Assembly: GCF_031769215.1 (NCBI RefSeq) | Contig: NW_026782484.1 | Span: 248,001 to 312,000, forward strand | Length of the DNA stretch: 64,000 nucleotides | Origin: Ylistrum balloti | Taxonomy: Eukaryota | Reading direction: 5' to 3' | Shown: one piece after another, positions 1 through 11,851 of the stretch | Position numbering within the stretch: position 1 is the first letter of the stretch | How the letters are laid out: each line of letters opens with the position of its first letter | Notes under the pieces: model-generated | Database searches by the model: none | Seen by the model: the letters and a program-made list of their open reading frames with translations, nothing else | Told to the model about the DNA's origin: nothing | Position numbers and translations under genes: made by a program

Positions 1-972
1 TGTTTTTCTGTATGCTGGGCATTACTAAGTTCGATGAAGTGATATTGTATTACATTCAGTATTTTTATGTTTTTTTTTCCAATGGAGTCCACAATCTAAT
101 TTCCAAAATTTCGATGACTCCCATTAACGTTACTAAGATATTGAACAGTTAGGGAATTCTCAAAAGCTTGAGTACAGGACTCGGAGATCTGAATACAAGC
201 TCATACACAAAAAGTTTCATATGTCTCTCTTCAGTAGCAGAACAGCAAACTTCAAGGGATCCTTCGCGGCCAAGTAGGCGTTGGTTTTGCAGATGTCATT
301 GGAACCAGACGATTCCCGTCCACAGACCTTTACATTAGAGGTCTAAGTGAGTGAAACCATCTAAAGTCATTGATAGATATGCTTTATGAAATTTACACCA
401 CGGAAACACTTAGAAGTATCATGATATTTTGATGAAAGCTATTATTTTAAGCCATGTAATGCTGATATTTTTACGATGTACTGGGAATTTTATGCCACGA
501 AAAACATACAAATTTCATGAGAATAAGAAAATGACACGTAACTTGAATGATCTGAAATCATACAATGAGAAATATCGTGAATGTATTTGTCCTTGTGTGT
601 AATACAGAGAGGCTGCAGATACTCCACAAGGAGCCTTCATTACTTAAAGTGGAACACATTTTCGTGACCTGTTTCGCAATTGTCTCCGTTTTCAACATTT
701 TTATACGGTTGTGTGTTTCAACGTATATAGAGAGGTGCACGGAGTTATAGTGTTGTGTAACGGACTCTGATACAGACAGACACAGGTCATCTCCTTCTCA
801 AGTTGTTTATTTATAAATCTTTTTAATCTACAATATCACCTGAGGTGAAATGTATACGGGTAATTGATTTCACACAAAAGTGTCCAGTTGTGGTTAGTTA
901 AGGTGTAATAAGTTACTTATTACTTATATATTTATTGTTGTTATCAAATGTTGGCCCCATTCTTAATTTCAG

Positions 973-1203
973 AAGTGAAAATGAAACCTCGTTGAAATTC
1001 TCAGAATAATAATCATCTCCTCTTCACAGAAAGACCTCGTGCGCCAGATTTTCTAGCGTGATGTTTATAATCAGTGTCATGTAGGCGTCACGAAGGTCAA
1101 CTGTAGTCTGACTGTCACTTAATGTTAAATAGCATCCATGCTCCTCTGTCAACATTGGAGAAAACGCCACCATTTGTTAACGTAAAAAAAAAACAACAAC
1201 AAA
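973..1203 (+). promoter_or_regulatory. Candidate non-coding 5' exon / promoter region of the BTB-PHR gene
   Basis: Consensus donor AAA|GTAAGT at 1204-1209, kept in copy 2 at 14047-14052. The coding exon is preceded by an acceptor at 7194, so an upstream UTR exon is expected. AAGTGAAAATGAAACC at 973-988 directly follows a TTTCAG that could itself be an acceptor. Confidence 0.35.
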
Positions 1204-1298
1204 GTAAGTCATTTATAATATTATATATTTGGTATTTCACGCAAAGTTTATAGAGACGGATATGCCTCTACAATACAAAAATCGAGATTCCGAGAGGC

Positions 1299-4200
1299 AC
1301 TGTTATAACCGTGGTAGAGGTGCTTGTAGGTACTGTAATAGCCGTGGAAGAGGCGCTTGTAGGTACTATTATAGCCGTGGTAGAGGCGCTTGTAGGTACT
1401 GTTATAACCGTGGTAGAGGACCTTGTAGATACTGTTATAACCGTGGTATAGGCGCTTGTAGGTACTGTTATAGCCGTGGTAGAGGCGCTTGTAGGTACTG
1501 TAATGGCCGTGGTAGATGACCCTGTAGGTACTGTTATAAATGTGGTAGAGGTGCTGGTAGGTATTGATATAACCGTGGTAGAGGACCTTGAAGGTACTGT
1601 AATAGCCGTGGTAGAGGCGCTTGTAGGTACTATTATAGCCGTGGTACAGGCGCTTGTAGGTACTGTTATAACTGTGGTAGAGGCGCTTGTAGGTACTGTA
1701 ATCGCTGTGGTAGAGGCGCTTGTAGGTACTGTTATAGCCGTGGTAGAGGCGCTTGTAGGTACTGTTATAGCCGTGGTAGAGGCGCATGTAGCTACTGTTA
1801 TAACCGTGGTAGAGGACCTTGCAGATATTGTTATAGCCGTGGTAGAGGCGCTTGTAGGTACTGTAATAGCTGTGGTAGATGACCCTGTAGGTACTGTTAT
1901 AACTGTGGTAGAGGTGCTTGTAGGTACTGATATAACCGTGGTAGAGGACCTTGTAGGTACTGTAATAGCCGTGGTAGAGGCACTTGTATTACTGTTATAA
2001 CCGTGGTAGAGGCGCTTGAAGGTACTGTTATAGCCGTGGTAGATTACCCTGTAGGTACTGTTATTACTGTGGTAGAGGTGCTTGTAGGTACTGTAATAGC
2101 TGTGGTAGAGGCGCTTGTAGGTACTGTTATAACCGTGGTAAAGGACCTTGTAGGTACTGTAATAGCCGTGGTAGAGGCGCTTGTAGGTACTGTTATAACT
2201 GTGGTAGAGGCGCTTGTAGGTACTGATATAACTGTGGTAGAGGACCTTGTAGGTACTGTAATAGCCGTGGTAGAGGCGCTTGTAGGTACTATTATAGCCG
2301 TGGTAGAGGCGCATGTAGCTACTGTTATAACCGTGGTATAGGCGCTTGTAGGTACTGTTATAGCCGTGGTAGAGGCGCTTGTAGGTACTGTAATGGCCGT
2401 GGTAGATGACCCTGTAGGTACTGTTATAAATGTGGTAGAGGTGCTGGTAGGTATTGATATAACCGTGGTAGAGGACCTTGAAGGTACTGTAATAGCCGTG
2501 GTAGAGGCGCTTGTAGGTACTATTATAGCCGTGGTACAGGCGCTTGTAGGTACTGTTATAACTGTGGTAGAGGCGCTTGTAGGTACTGTAATCGCTGTGG
2601 TAGAGGCGCTTGTAGGTACTGTTATAGCCGTGGTAGAGGCGCTTGTAGGTACTGTTATAGCCGTGGTAGAGGCGCATGTAGCTACTGTTATAACCGTGGT
2701 AGAGGACCTTGCAGATATTGTTATAGCCGTGGTAGAGGCGCTTGTAGGTACTGTAATAGCTGTGGTAGATGACCCTGTAGGTACTGTTATAACTGTGGTA
2801 GAGGTGCTTGTAGGTACTGATATAACCGTGGTAGAGGACCTTGTAGGTACTGTAATAGCCGTGGTAGAGGCACTTGTATTACTGTTATAACCGTGGTAGA
2901 GGCGCTTGAAGGTACTGTTATAGCCGTGGTAGATTACCCTGTAGGTACTGTTATTACTGTGGTAGAGGTGCTTGTAGGTACTGTAATAGCTGTGGTAGAG
3001 GCGCTTGTAGGTACTGTTATAACCGTGGTAAAGGACCTTGTAGGTACTGTAATAGCCGTGGTAGAGGCGCTTGTAGGTACTGTTATAACTGTGGTAGAGG
3101 CGCTTGTAGGTACTGATATAACTGTGGTAGAGGACCTTGTAGGTACTGTAATAGCCGTGGTAGAGGCGCTTGTAGGTACTATTATAGCCGTGGTAGAGGC
3201 GCATGTAGCTACTGTTATAACCGTGGTAGAGGCGCTTGTAGGTACTGTTATAACCGTGGTAGAGGCGCTTGTAGGTACTGTAATAGCCGTGGTAGATGAC
3301 CCTGTAGGTACTGTTTTAACTGTGGTAGAGGTGCTTGTAGGTACTGATATAACCGTGGTAGAGGCGCTTGTAGGTACTGTTATAGCCGTGGTAGAGGCGC
3401 TTGTAGGTACTGTTATAACCGTGGTAGAGTACCTTGTAGGTACTGTGATAGCCGTGATAGAGGCGCTTGTAGGTACTGTTATAACCGTGGTAGAGGCGCT
3501 TGTAGGTACTGTTATAACCGTGGTAGAGGCGCTTGAAGGTACTGTAATAGCCGTGGTAGATGACCCTGTAGGTACTGTTATAACTGTGGTAGAGGCGCAT
3601 GTAGGTACTGATATAACTGTGGTAGAGGACCTGGTACGTACTGTAATAGCCGTGGTAGAGGCGCTTGTAGGTACTATTATAGCCGTGGTAGAGGCGCTTG
3701 TAGGTACTGTTATAACTGTGGTAGAGGCGCTTGTAGGTACTGTAATCGCTGTGGCAGAGGCGCTTGTAGGTACTGTTATAGCCGTGGTAGAGGCGCTTGT
3801 AGGTACTGTTATAGCCGTAGTAGAGGCGCTTGTAGGTACTGTTATAGCCGTGGTAGAGGCGCTTGTAGGTACTGTTATAACCGTGGTAGAGGACGTTGTA
3901 GTTACTGTTATAGCCGCGGTAGAGGACCCTGTAGGTACTGTTATAACCGTGGTAGAGGCGCTTGTAGGTACTGTTATAGCCGTGGTAGAGGCGCTTGTAG
4001 GTACTGTTAAAGCCGTGATAGAGGCGCTTATACGTACTGTTATAACCGTGGTAGAGGACCCCGTAGGTACTGTTGTAACCGTGGTAGAGGACCATGTAGG
4101 TACTGTTATAGCCGTTGTAGAGGCGCTTGTAGGTACTGGTATAACTTCGGTAGAGGACCTTGTAATTTCTGTTATAACCGTGGTAGAGGACCTTGTAGGT

Positions 4201-5045
4201 ACTGTTATAACCGTGGTAGAGGCGCTTGTAGGTACTGATATAACTGTGGTAGAGGACCTTGTAGGTACTGTAATAGCCGTGGTAGAGGCGCTTGTAGGTA
4301 CTATTATAGCCGTGGTAGAGGACCTTGCAGATACTGTTATAGCCGTGGTAGAGGCGCTTGTAGGTACTGTAATAGCCGTGGTAGATGACCCTGTAGGTAC
4401 TGTGATAGCCGTGATAGAGGCGCTTGTATTACTGTTATAACCGTGGTAGAGGCGCTTGAAGGTACTGTAATAGCCGTGGTAGATGACCCTGTAGGTACTG
4501 TTATTACTGTGGTAGAGGTGCTTGTAGGTACTGATATAACCGTGGTAGGGGACCTTGTAGGTACTATTATAGCCGTGGTAGCGGCGCTCGTAGGTACTGT
4601 TATAACTGTGGTAGAGGAGCATGTAGGTACTGTAATAGCTGTGGTAGAGGCGCTTGTAGTTACTGTTATAGCCGTGGTAGAGGCTCTTGTAGGTACTGTT
4701 ATAACTGTGGTAGAGGACCTTGTAGGTACTGTAATAGCCGTGGTAGAGGCGCTTGTAGGTACTGGTATAACCATGGTAGAGGACCCTGTAGGTACTGTTA
4801 TAACCATGGTAGAGGACCCTATAGGTACTGTTATAACTGTGGTAGAGGCGCTTGTAAGTACTGTTATAGCCGTGGTAGAGGCGCCTGTAGGTACTGTTAT
4901 AGCCGTGGTAGAGGCGCCTGTAAGTACTGTTATAGCCGTGGTAGAGGCGCCTGTAGGTACTGTAATAGCCGTGGTAGAGGATCCTGTAGGTACTGTTATA
5001 ACCGTGGTAGAGGACCCTGTAGGTACTGGTATAACTTTGGTAGAA
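1299..5045. repeat. Minisatellite A, 33-bp unit (GTAGGTACTGTTATAGCCGTGGTAGAGGCGCTT), ~3.75 kb
   Basis: Direct tandem repeat. The 11-aa periodicity of all overlapping ORFs (VEALVGTVIAV, YHGYNSTYKRL, TTAITVPTSAS) matches the unit. Confidence 0.97.
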
Positions 5046-5720
5046 ATATTTTGATTTGACATGGGACTCTAAATGTATTAGAGTGTGAATGAAATAGTGC
5101 TTTACTAAGGTCGATTTTTTCGGCAGTAATCTAGGAAGATATAACGTGGATTGATACATATCGGATCGTGTTAATTTCCGGAAACTTTTAGTTCTTTTCG
5201 GCATTGTATGTTGTAGGACTTCAATATGCTGTATATTCCTTGATAAGAACACTTGGGATGATAATTTTCTTATATAAGTTACATGTAATTTGATATTTCC
5301 TGAACTGGCCAATTTGAGAAAAGTTTTAATAAAAAGCAAAGTGATAACGAGACCAGTAATATAGACCAATAACTATTATAAACTCATTCAGGGCGTAATC
5401 AATTGTGACTTAGATGAACACGTTACAGAAGACACACAAGTGAACAGTACCTTTCAATACAAATTTAGAATAAGGTACAGTAGAGCTTAACATTGAATCA
5501 ATCTGTATCATATAATTGTTTCGTCCTTCTAGGACTCGACCGTGACATGGGGCGACCGAGGAAAGTCGAAATTGATCGATAGAAATGTAAATTTCTAGTG
5601 AAAGGAGGTACTCAAACTTCATAATTCAAAGCTTCGATAAGAAAGTCAAGTGTATGAGTTTAGTCTGTACCATTTCACTAGTCGAATGATTTTAAATGTG
5701 ACCTGCAGGTTACGGCAAAC

Positions 5721-7172
5721 CTGGTCTCTCTCAACATAACAAAGGTGTTGGTCTCTTTCAACATAACAAAGATGTTGGTCTCTTTTAACATAATAAAGGT
5801 GTTGGTCTCTTTCAACATAACAAAGATGTTGGTCTCTTTCAGCATAACAAAGATGCTTGTTTCTTTCAACATAACAAAGATGTTGGTCTCTTTCAGCATA
5901 ACAAAGATGCTTGTTTCTTTCAACATAACCAAGGTGCTGGTCTCTTTCAACATAACAAATATGTTGGTCTCTTTCAACATAATGAAGATGCTGGTCTCTT
6001 TCAACATAACAAAGGTGTTGGTCTCTTTCAACATAACAAAGATGTTGGTCTCTTTTAACATAATAAAGGTGTTGGTCTCTTTCAACATAACAAAGATGTT
6101 GGTCTCTTTCAGCATAACAAAGATGCTTGTTTCTTTCAACATAACAAAGATGTTGGTCTCTTTCAGCATAACAAAGATGCTTGTTTCTTTCAACATAACC
6201 AAGGTGCTGGTCTCTTTCAACATAACAAATATGTTGGTCTCTTTCAACATAATGAAGATGCTGGTCTCTTTCAACATAACAAAGATGTTGGTCTCTTTCA
6301 GCATAACAAAGATGCTTGTTTCTTTCAACATAACAAAGGTGCTGGTCTCTTTCAACATAACAAATATGTTGGTCTCTTTCAACATAATGAAGATGCTGGT
6401 CTCTTTCAACATAACAAAGATGCTGGTCTCTTTCAACATACAAAGATGTTGGTCTCTTTCAACATAACAAAGATGCTGGTCTCTTTCAACATTACAAAGG
6501 TGTTGAGTCTCTTTCAACATAACAAAGATGCCGGTCTCTTTCAACATTACAAAGATGCTGGTCTCTTTCAACATTACAAAGATGTTGGTCTCTTTCAACA
6601 TAATAAAGATGCTGGTCTCTTTCAACATAACAAAGATGCTGGTCTCTTTCAATATAACAAAGATGCTGGTCTCTTTCAATATAACCAAGGTCCTGGTCTC
6701 TTTCAACATAACAAAGGTCGTGGTCTCTTTCAACATAACAAAGGTCCTGGTCTCTTTCAACATGACAAAAGTCCTGGTCTCTTTCAGCATAACAAAGGTC
6801 GTGGTCTCTTTCAACATAACAAAGATGCTGGTCTCTTTCAACATTACAAAGATGTTGGTCTCTTTCAACATAATAAAGATGCTGGTCTCTTTCAACATAA
6901 CAAAGATGTTGGTCTCTTTCAACATAGCAAATGTCGTGGTCTCATTCAACATAACAAAGATGTTGGTCTCTTTCAACATAACAAAGGTCGTGGTCTCTTT
7001 CAGCATAACAAAGGTCCTGGTCTCTTTTAACATAACGAAGGCCTGATCTCATTCAACATATTAAATGTCCCGATTCCTTTCAACATATCAAAGACCCTGC
7101 TCTCATTCAACAAATCAAATGTCCTGATTCCTTTCAACATAAGAAAGGTCCGGATCTTTCAACATAACAAAG
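5721..7172. repeat. Minisatellite B, 27-bp unit (GGTCTCTTTCAACATAACAAAGATGCT), copy 1
   Basis: Direct tandem repeat with 9-aa periodic ORFs (MLVSFNITK, YVERDQHLC). It decays toward 7172, about 20 bp before the acceptor at 7194. Confidence 0.97.
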
Positions 7173-7207
7173 ACGATTATTATTTTTATTACAGGAACAG
7201 TAACACT

Positions 7208-7461
7208 ATGGCGTCTGACTGGCAGGACAGTCTGACTTTACTGGAAAGTATGGACTACATGTTGACCAATGAGGTTGACTGTGACATCTCTTTTAAGCTG
7301 GGGAAGACGGGATCTGATATCGTTTCCGCACACAGGTTTGTCCTGGCCAGTAGGAGTTCAGTATTTCGGGCAATGTTGTACGGTCCCCTGGCGGAAAAAG
7401 GCTGTTCAGTTGAAATTCCAGACGTAGAAAGTGACATTTTCAGATGTTTCCTTAGGTAAGT

Positions 7462-7528
<67 letters not shown>

Positions 7529-9133
7529 CCGCCAACCAACCCCCCCCATATATATATATATTTGTAAATATTCCCAGAGGGAGAATGATATAAAAGGATA
7601 TTAATCAAGAAATACAGTTAAGAAACTATCATAATTTCACAGTATCGACAATGACGTGAATTTATCATAGCCATTATGACGTCAAATGCAATGTTTCAAA
7701 TTGATGTCACCAAACAGATGCATGCATGGCGAACATAGGACATTTTATATAGTTATCCGGCGGTATTTTCTGTCCGTTCAGAAGTTCAGAAGTTATACAT
7801 CAAACGCCAAAAAGCAGAACACTTGAACAAACAATAAGAAATACCTACTCTGTGACAAACAGTATCGGAAACATGGACTTAATATATATCACACAAATTG
7901 GTACTAAATGACAGTGATCCATGTTGGTAACCATATTCCAGGCATATCAATGTCCAGAGTCAATAACGATTCATACAGGAGTCACTTTTTATTACTGTAG
8001 TACAGTCACTGTTTACTTGATTGTACAGTTGTATCAGCCGCTTCTCAAGTCTTTCGTATTTTGATGACGTCATCAACGTTTATGAATTATTTACGTACAT
8101 TTTTTTTTCAAACTTTCATTGTAGGTATTTATACACAGACAAATGTGTGATGACGCCAGATAGCGTGGCCGCCCTGATGTATACAGCCCATAAATACAAC
8201 GTTAGACGTCTGGTCAATGAATGTGGTCAGTTCCTGATGAAGAACATGTCAACATCCAACGTGTGTACTGTAATGGAGCACGCTTATTTGTTTGACGACA
8301 GCAAATTACGTCAGAACAGTCTAGACTTTATAGAAAACCACAGTATAGACGTCATAAAAGATAAGCTTCTCACAGACCTAGGGCGAGAATGTCTGGGTGA
8401 TGTTCTCCGATCTGACAAACTCGGGGCCAATGAAGAGGACATCTTCGCTGCTGTTCTCTCTTGGTCAGACTATCGATGTACAGAGAAGGGTCTAGAAGTG
8501 AACGACTCCAATAGACGACAGGTCCTGGGAGATCTTCTCTACTTAGTAAGGTTTCCACTTATGAATCCTAAAATGTGCGTAAATATCGTTGAGAATCACG
8601 CTAAACTTCTTACAGCAGAAGAACAAAATCAATTATTGAAAGGACACATAACCAACGATTTCTCAAAGACAGGATTTTCATCTAAAAAGCGGAAGTACCC
8701 ACAAAGGGTATGTTATAGGTTCAGGGAGAGCAATATGTGTGGTAGATGGTCGTATAACGCACCTGATACATTACAGTTCAAGGTTTCTGAAGCTGTATAC
8801 ATCACAGGTGTTGTTCTTTTCGGAAATACTGGTTCCACGTACAACGTTATCGCAGGTATCCTGGAATGTGGTGAAGTGGTTCATACACGTGTGACTTTAG
8901 ATTCAAACACATTTCAGGTAATGTTCAATACACCTTTTTCTGCAAAACCTGACACATATTACACGCTGAAAGCAGATCTGCAATGCGGTCCTCGTGGGAT
9001 TGCCGGTCGGAACGGAATGATAAATGTTACATGTAAATCCACAGTGTTCACATTCCAAACCGCCCCGACACCTACCAACGGTACTGACAACACTAAAGGA
9101 CAGATATACGGTATTATATTCGAGAAAAGATAA
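7208..9133 (+). CDS. BTB/POZ-BACK-PHR protein (BTBD1/2/3/6 family, putative CUL3 substrate adaptor); join(7208..7455,8125..9133), 418 aa
   Basis: Exon 1 encodes a BTB start (CDISFKLG...AHRFVLASRSSVFRAMLYGPL...VEIPDVESDIFRCFL). Donor AG|GTAAGT at 7456 and acceptor TTGTAG|G at 8124 restore ...FLRYLYTD. BACK region follows (NVCTVMEHAYLFD...EEDIFAAVLSW...LLYLVRFPLM), then a PHR-like C-terminus (RF...WSY..PDTLQF...NGTDNTKGQI). Total 1257 nt, divisible by 3. Confidence 0.92.
7465..7528. repeat. Compound (TC)n(AC)n microsatellite at the start of the BTB gene intron
   Basis: Directly visible dinucleotide runs. Confidence 0.95.
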
Positions 9134-9954
9134 TTGATACACTTAACTGGAAACAATACACATATTAAAACTGTACAAAATCTCAACAGCACAAGTATAA
9201 AAAAAATGATACGACACACACTGATTTGGGGGCATAGTAGGGACTGTTACTAATGTAGATACATGTACATGTAACATTAATCCTTATTATTCCGACAGAA
9301 AGCGTCTAGGGGCATGTCTCCTTCACCCCTACTCCCTCTCTGCGTTTTAAAACACAAATTAAGTTAAACTATTATCTTAAATATGTTATATATTTCGGCT
9401 GTTCAATACATAAATTCATACGCAAGATAATTTGTTACATTTTGTACCAAATCTGTCTTAACAATGTAAAAAAAACCCACTTCATAATGACTCATGTCAA
9501 CATACGGTGTATCTGAAAACGACAGTCACAGTTGGTGAATCACACACGTCTCCTGTACTAAGTGCGCAAGTATGTGACGTTGAAGTGAAATTAAACATAT
9601 AGCGGGACATCTTAGGCGGATTTGCCTTTCTCAATCTGTTCCGTACGATTCTGGAACTGACTTGCCCAAATCGTAGAATGCTCCTAACAGACAATGAAGA
9701 GGAGTGGAGCCGATTACACATCTACGTGTCTTGCCGACGTGACATCACCACTCGTAGATCCTGTCCAGTCCCGTACCCTATCACGTTTCATCAATACGTG
9801 ACATGTTCTTGTCAAAAACCTCACCGGAAATACAATGCATAGATCACTACCCAAAAACGCTATAACTTTTGAATGTCTCTTAGTATGCGCTGTTACGGTT
9901 CAACTAGTAAAGAAATAAATCACTGACCACTGAAGCGTAACGAAGGCAGAGTTT

Positions 9955-11180
9955 TCCATATCCCATCAAATCAGGTTCCCGAGGTACCCATATCCCATCA
10001 AATCAGGTTCCCGAGGTACCCATATCCCATTAAATATAGCTTCCGAGGGTACCCATATCTCATCAAATCTGGTTCCCGAGGGTACCCATATTCCATCCAA
10101 TCAGATTCCCGAGGGTACCCATAACCCATCAAATCGGGTTCCCGAGGGTACCCATAACCCCTCAAATCAGGTTCCCGACGTACCCATATCCCATCAAATC
10201 AGGTTCCCGAGGTGCCCATAGCCCATCAAATCAGGTTCCCGAGGTACCCATATCCCATCAAATCAGGTTCCCGAGGGTACTCATATCCCATCAAATCAGG
10301 TTCCCGAGGTACCCATATCCCATCAAATCAGGTTCCCGAGGGTACCCATATCCCATCAAATCAGGTTCCCGAGGTACCCATATCCCATCAAATCAGGTTC
10401 CCGAGGTACCCATATCCCATCCAATCAGATTCCCGCGGGTACCCATATCCCATCAAATCAGATTCCCGATTTACCCATATCCCATCACATCAGGTTCCCG
10501 AAGGTACCAATATCTCCTTAAATCAGACCACGAGGTAACCATATTCCCTCAAATCAGGTTTCCGAGGGTACCCATTTTCCATCCAATCAGATTCCCGAGG
10601 GTACCCATAACCCATCAAATCGGGTTCCCGAGGGTACCCATAACCCCTCAAATCAGGTTCACGACGTACCCATATCCCATCAAATCAGGTTCCCGAGGTA
10701 CCCATAGCCCATCAAATCAGTTTCCCGAGGTACCCATATCCCATCCAATCAGATTCCCGCGGGTACCCATATCCCATCAAATCAGATTCCCGATTTACCC
10801 ATATCCCATCACATCAGGTTCCCGAAGGTACCAATATCTCCTCAAATCAGACCCCGAGGTAACCATATTCCCTCAAATCAGGTTTCCGAGGGTACCCATA
10901 TTCCATCCAATCAGATTCCCGAGGGTACCCATAACCTATCAAATCGGGTTCCCGAGGGTACCCATAACCCCTCAAATCAGATTCCCGCGGGTACCCATAT
11001 CCCATCAAATCAGGTTCCCGAGGTTCGCATATCTCATTAAATCAGGTTCCCTAGGTACCCATAACCCATCAAATAAGGTTCCTTAAGGTACCCATATCCC
11101 ATCACATCAGGTTCCCGAGGTACCCATATCCCATCACATCAGGTTCCCGAGTGTACCTATATTTCATCAAATCAGGTTCA
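9955..11180. repeat. Minisatellite C, 32/33-bp unit (CCCATATCCCATCAAATCAGGTTCCCGAG(G)GTA), copy 1
   Basis: Direct tandem repeat. Its right end is the junction to duplication copy 2. Confidence 0.95.
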
Positions 11181-11851
11181 CTGATCTAATTTCCAAAATT
11201 TTGATGACTCCCATTAACGTTACTAAGATATAGAACAGTTATGGAGTTCTCAAAACCTTGAGTACAGGACTCGGAGATCTAACTACTAAAAATCATTGAC
11301 ATTTTTGTTTGTGAAAATACAAGCTCATACACAAAAAGTTTCATATGTCTCTCTTCAGTAGTAGTACAGCAAATTTCAAGGGATCCTTCGCGGCCAAGTA
11401 GGCGTTGGTTTTGCAGATGTCGTTGGACCAGACGTTTCCCGTCCACAAACCTTTACATTAGTGGTCTACGTGAGTGAAACCATTTAAAGTCATTGATAGA
11501 TATGCTTTATTAAATTTACACCACGGAAACACTTAGAAGTATCATGATATTTTGATGAAGGCTATTATTTTAAGCCATGTAATGCTGATATTTTTACGAT
11601 GTACTGGGAATTTCATGCCACGAAAAACATATGACAAATTTCATGAGAATAAGAAAATGACATGTAACTTGAATGATCTGAAATCATACAATGAGAAATA
11701 TCGTGAATGTATTTGTCCTTGTGTGTAATACAGAGAGGCTGCAGATACTCCACAAGGAGCCTTCATTACTTAAAGTGGAACACATTTTCGTGACCTGTTT
11801 CGCAATTGTCTCCGTTTTCAACATTTTTATACGGTTGTGTGTTTCAACGTA

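Larger units (their letters stand above)
94..11183 (+). repeat. Segmental tandem duplication, copy 1 (~11.1 kb unit carrying the BTB-BACK-PHR gene and three minisatellites)
   Basis: ATCTAATTTCCAAAATT... at 94 recurs at 11184. Unique segments 94-726, 727-1298 and 8527-9855 align at high identity to 11184-11851, 13574-14140 and 17476-18800. Confidence 0.9.

Noticed and set aside
1229-5369. Long His/Tyr/Gly-rich, Thr/Ser mucin-like, Val-rich and Cys/Arg-rich ORFs (up to 811 aa) resembling structural or adhesive proteins
   Set aside because: They are all translations of one 33-bp unit, open in several frames on both strands and broken by 1-bp indels. The paralogous array is only 0.5 kb, so there is no sign of coding constraint.
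9497-9721. 74-aa minus-strand ORF conserved in both copies (also 18441-18665), and the 565-750 / 11691-11942 ORF pair
   Set aside because: Conservation simply reflects the recent duplication. There is no recognisable domain or splice context.
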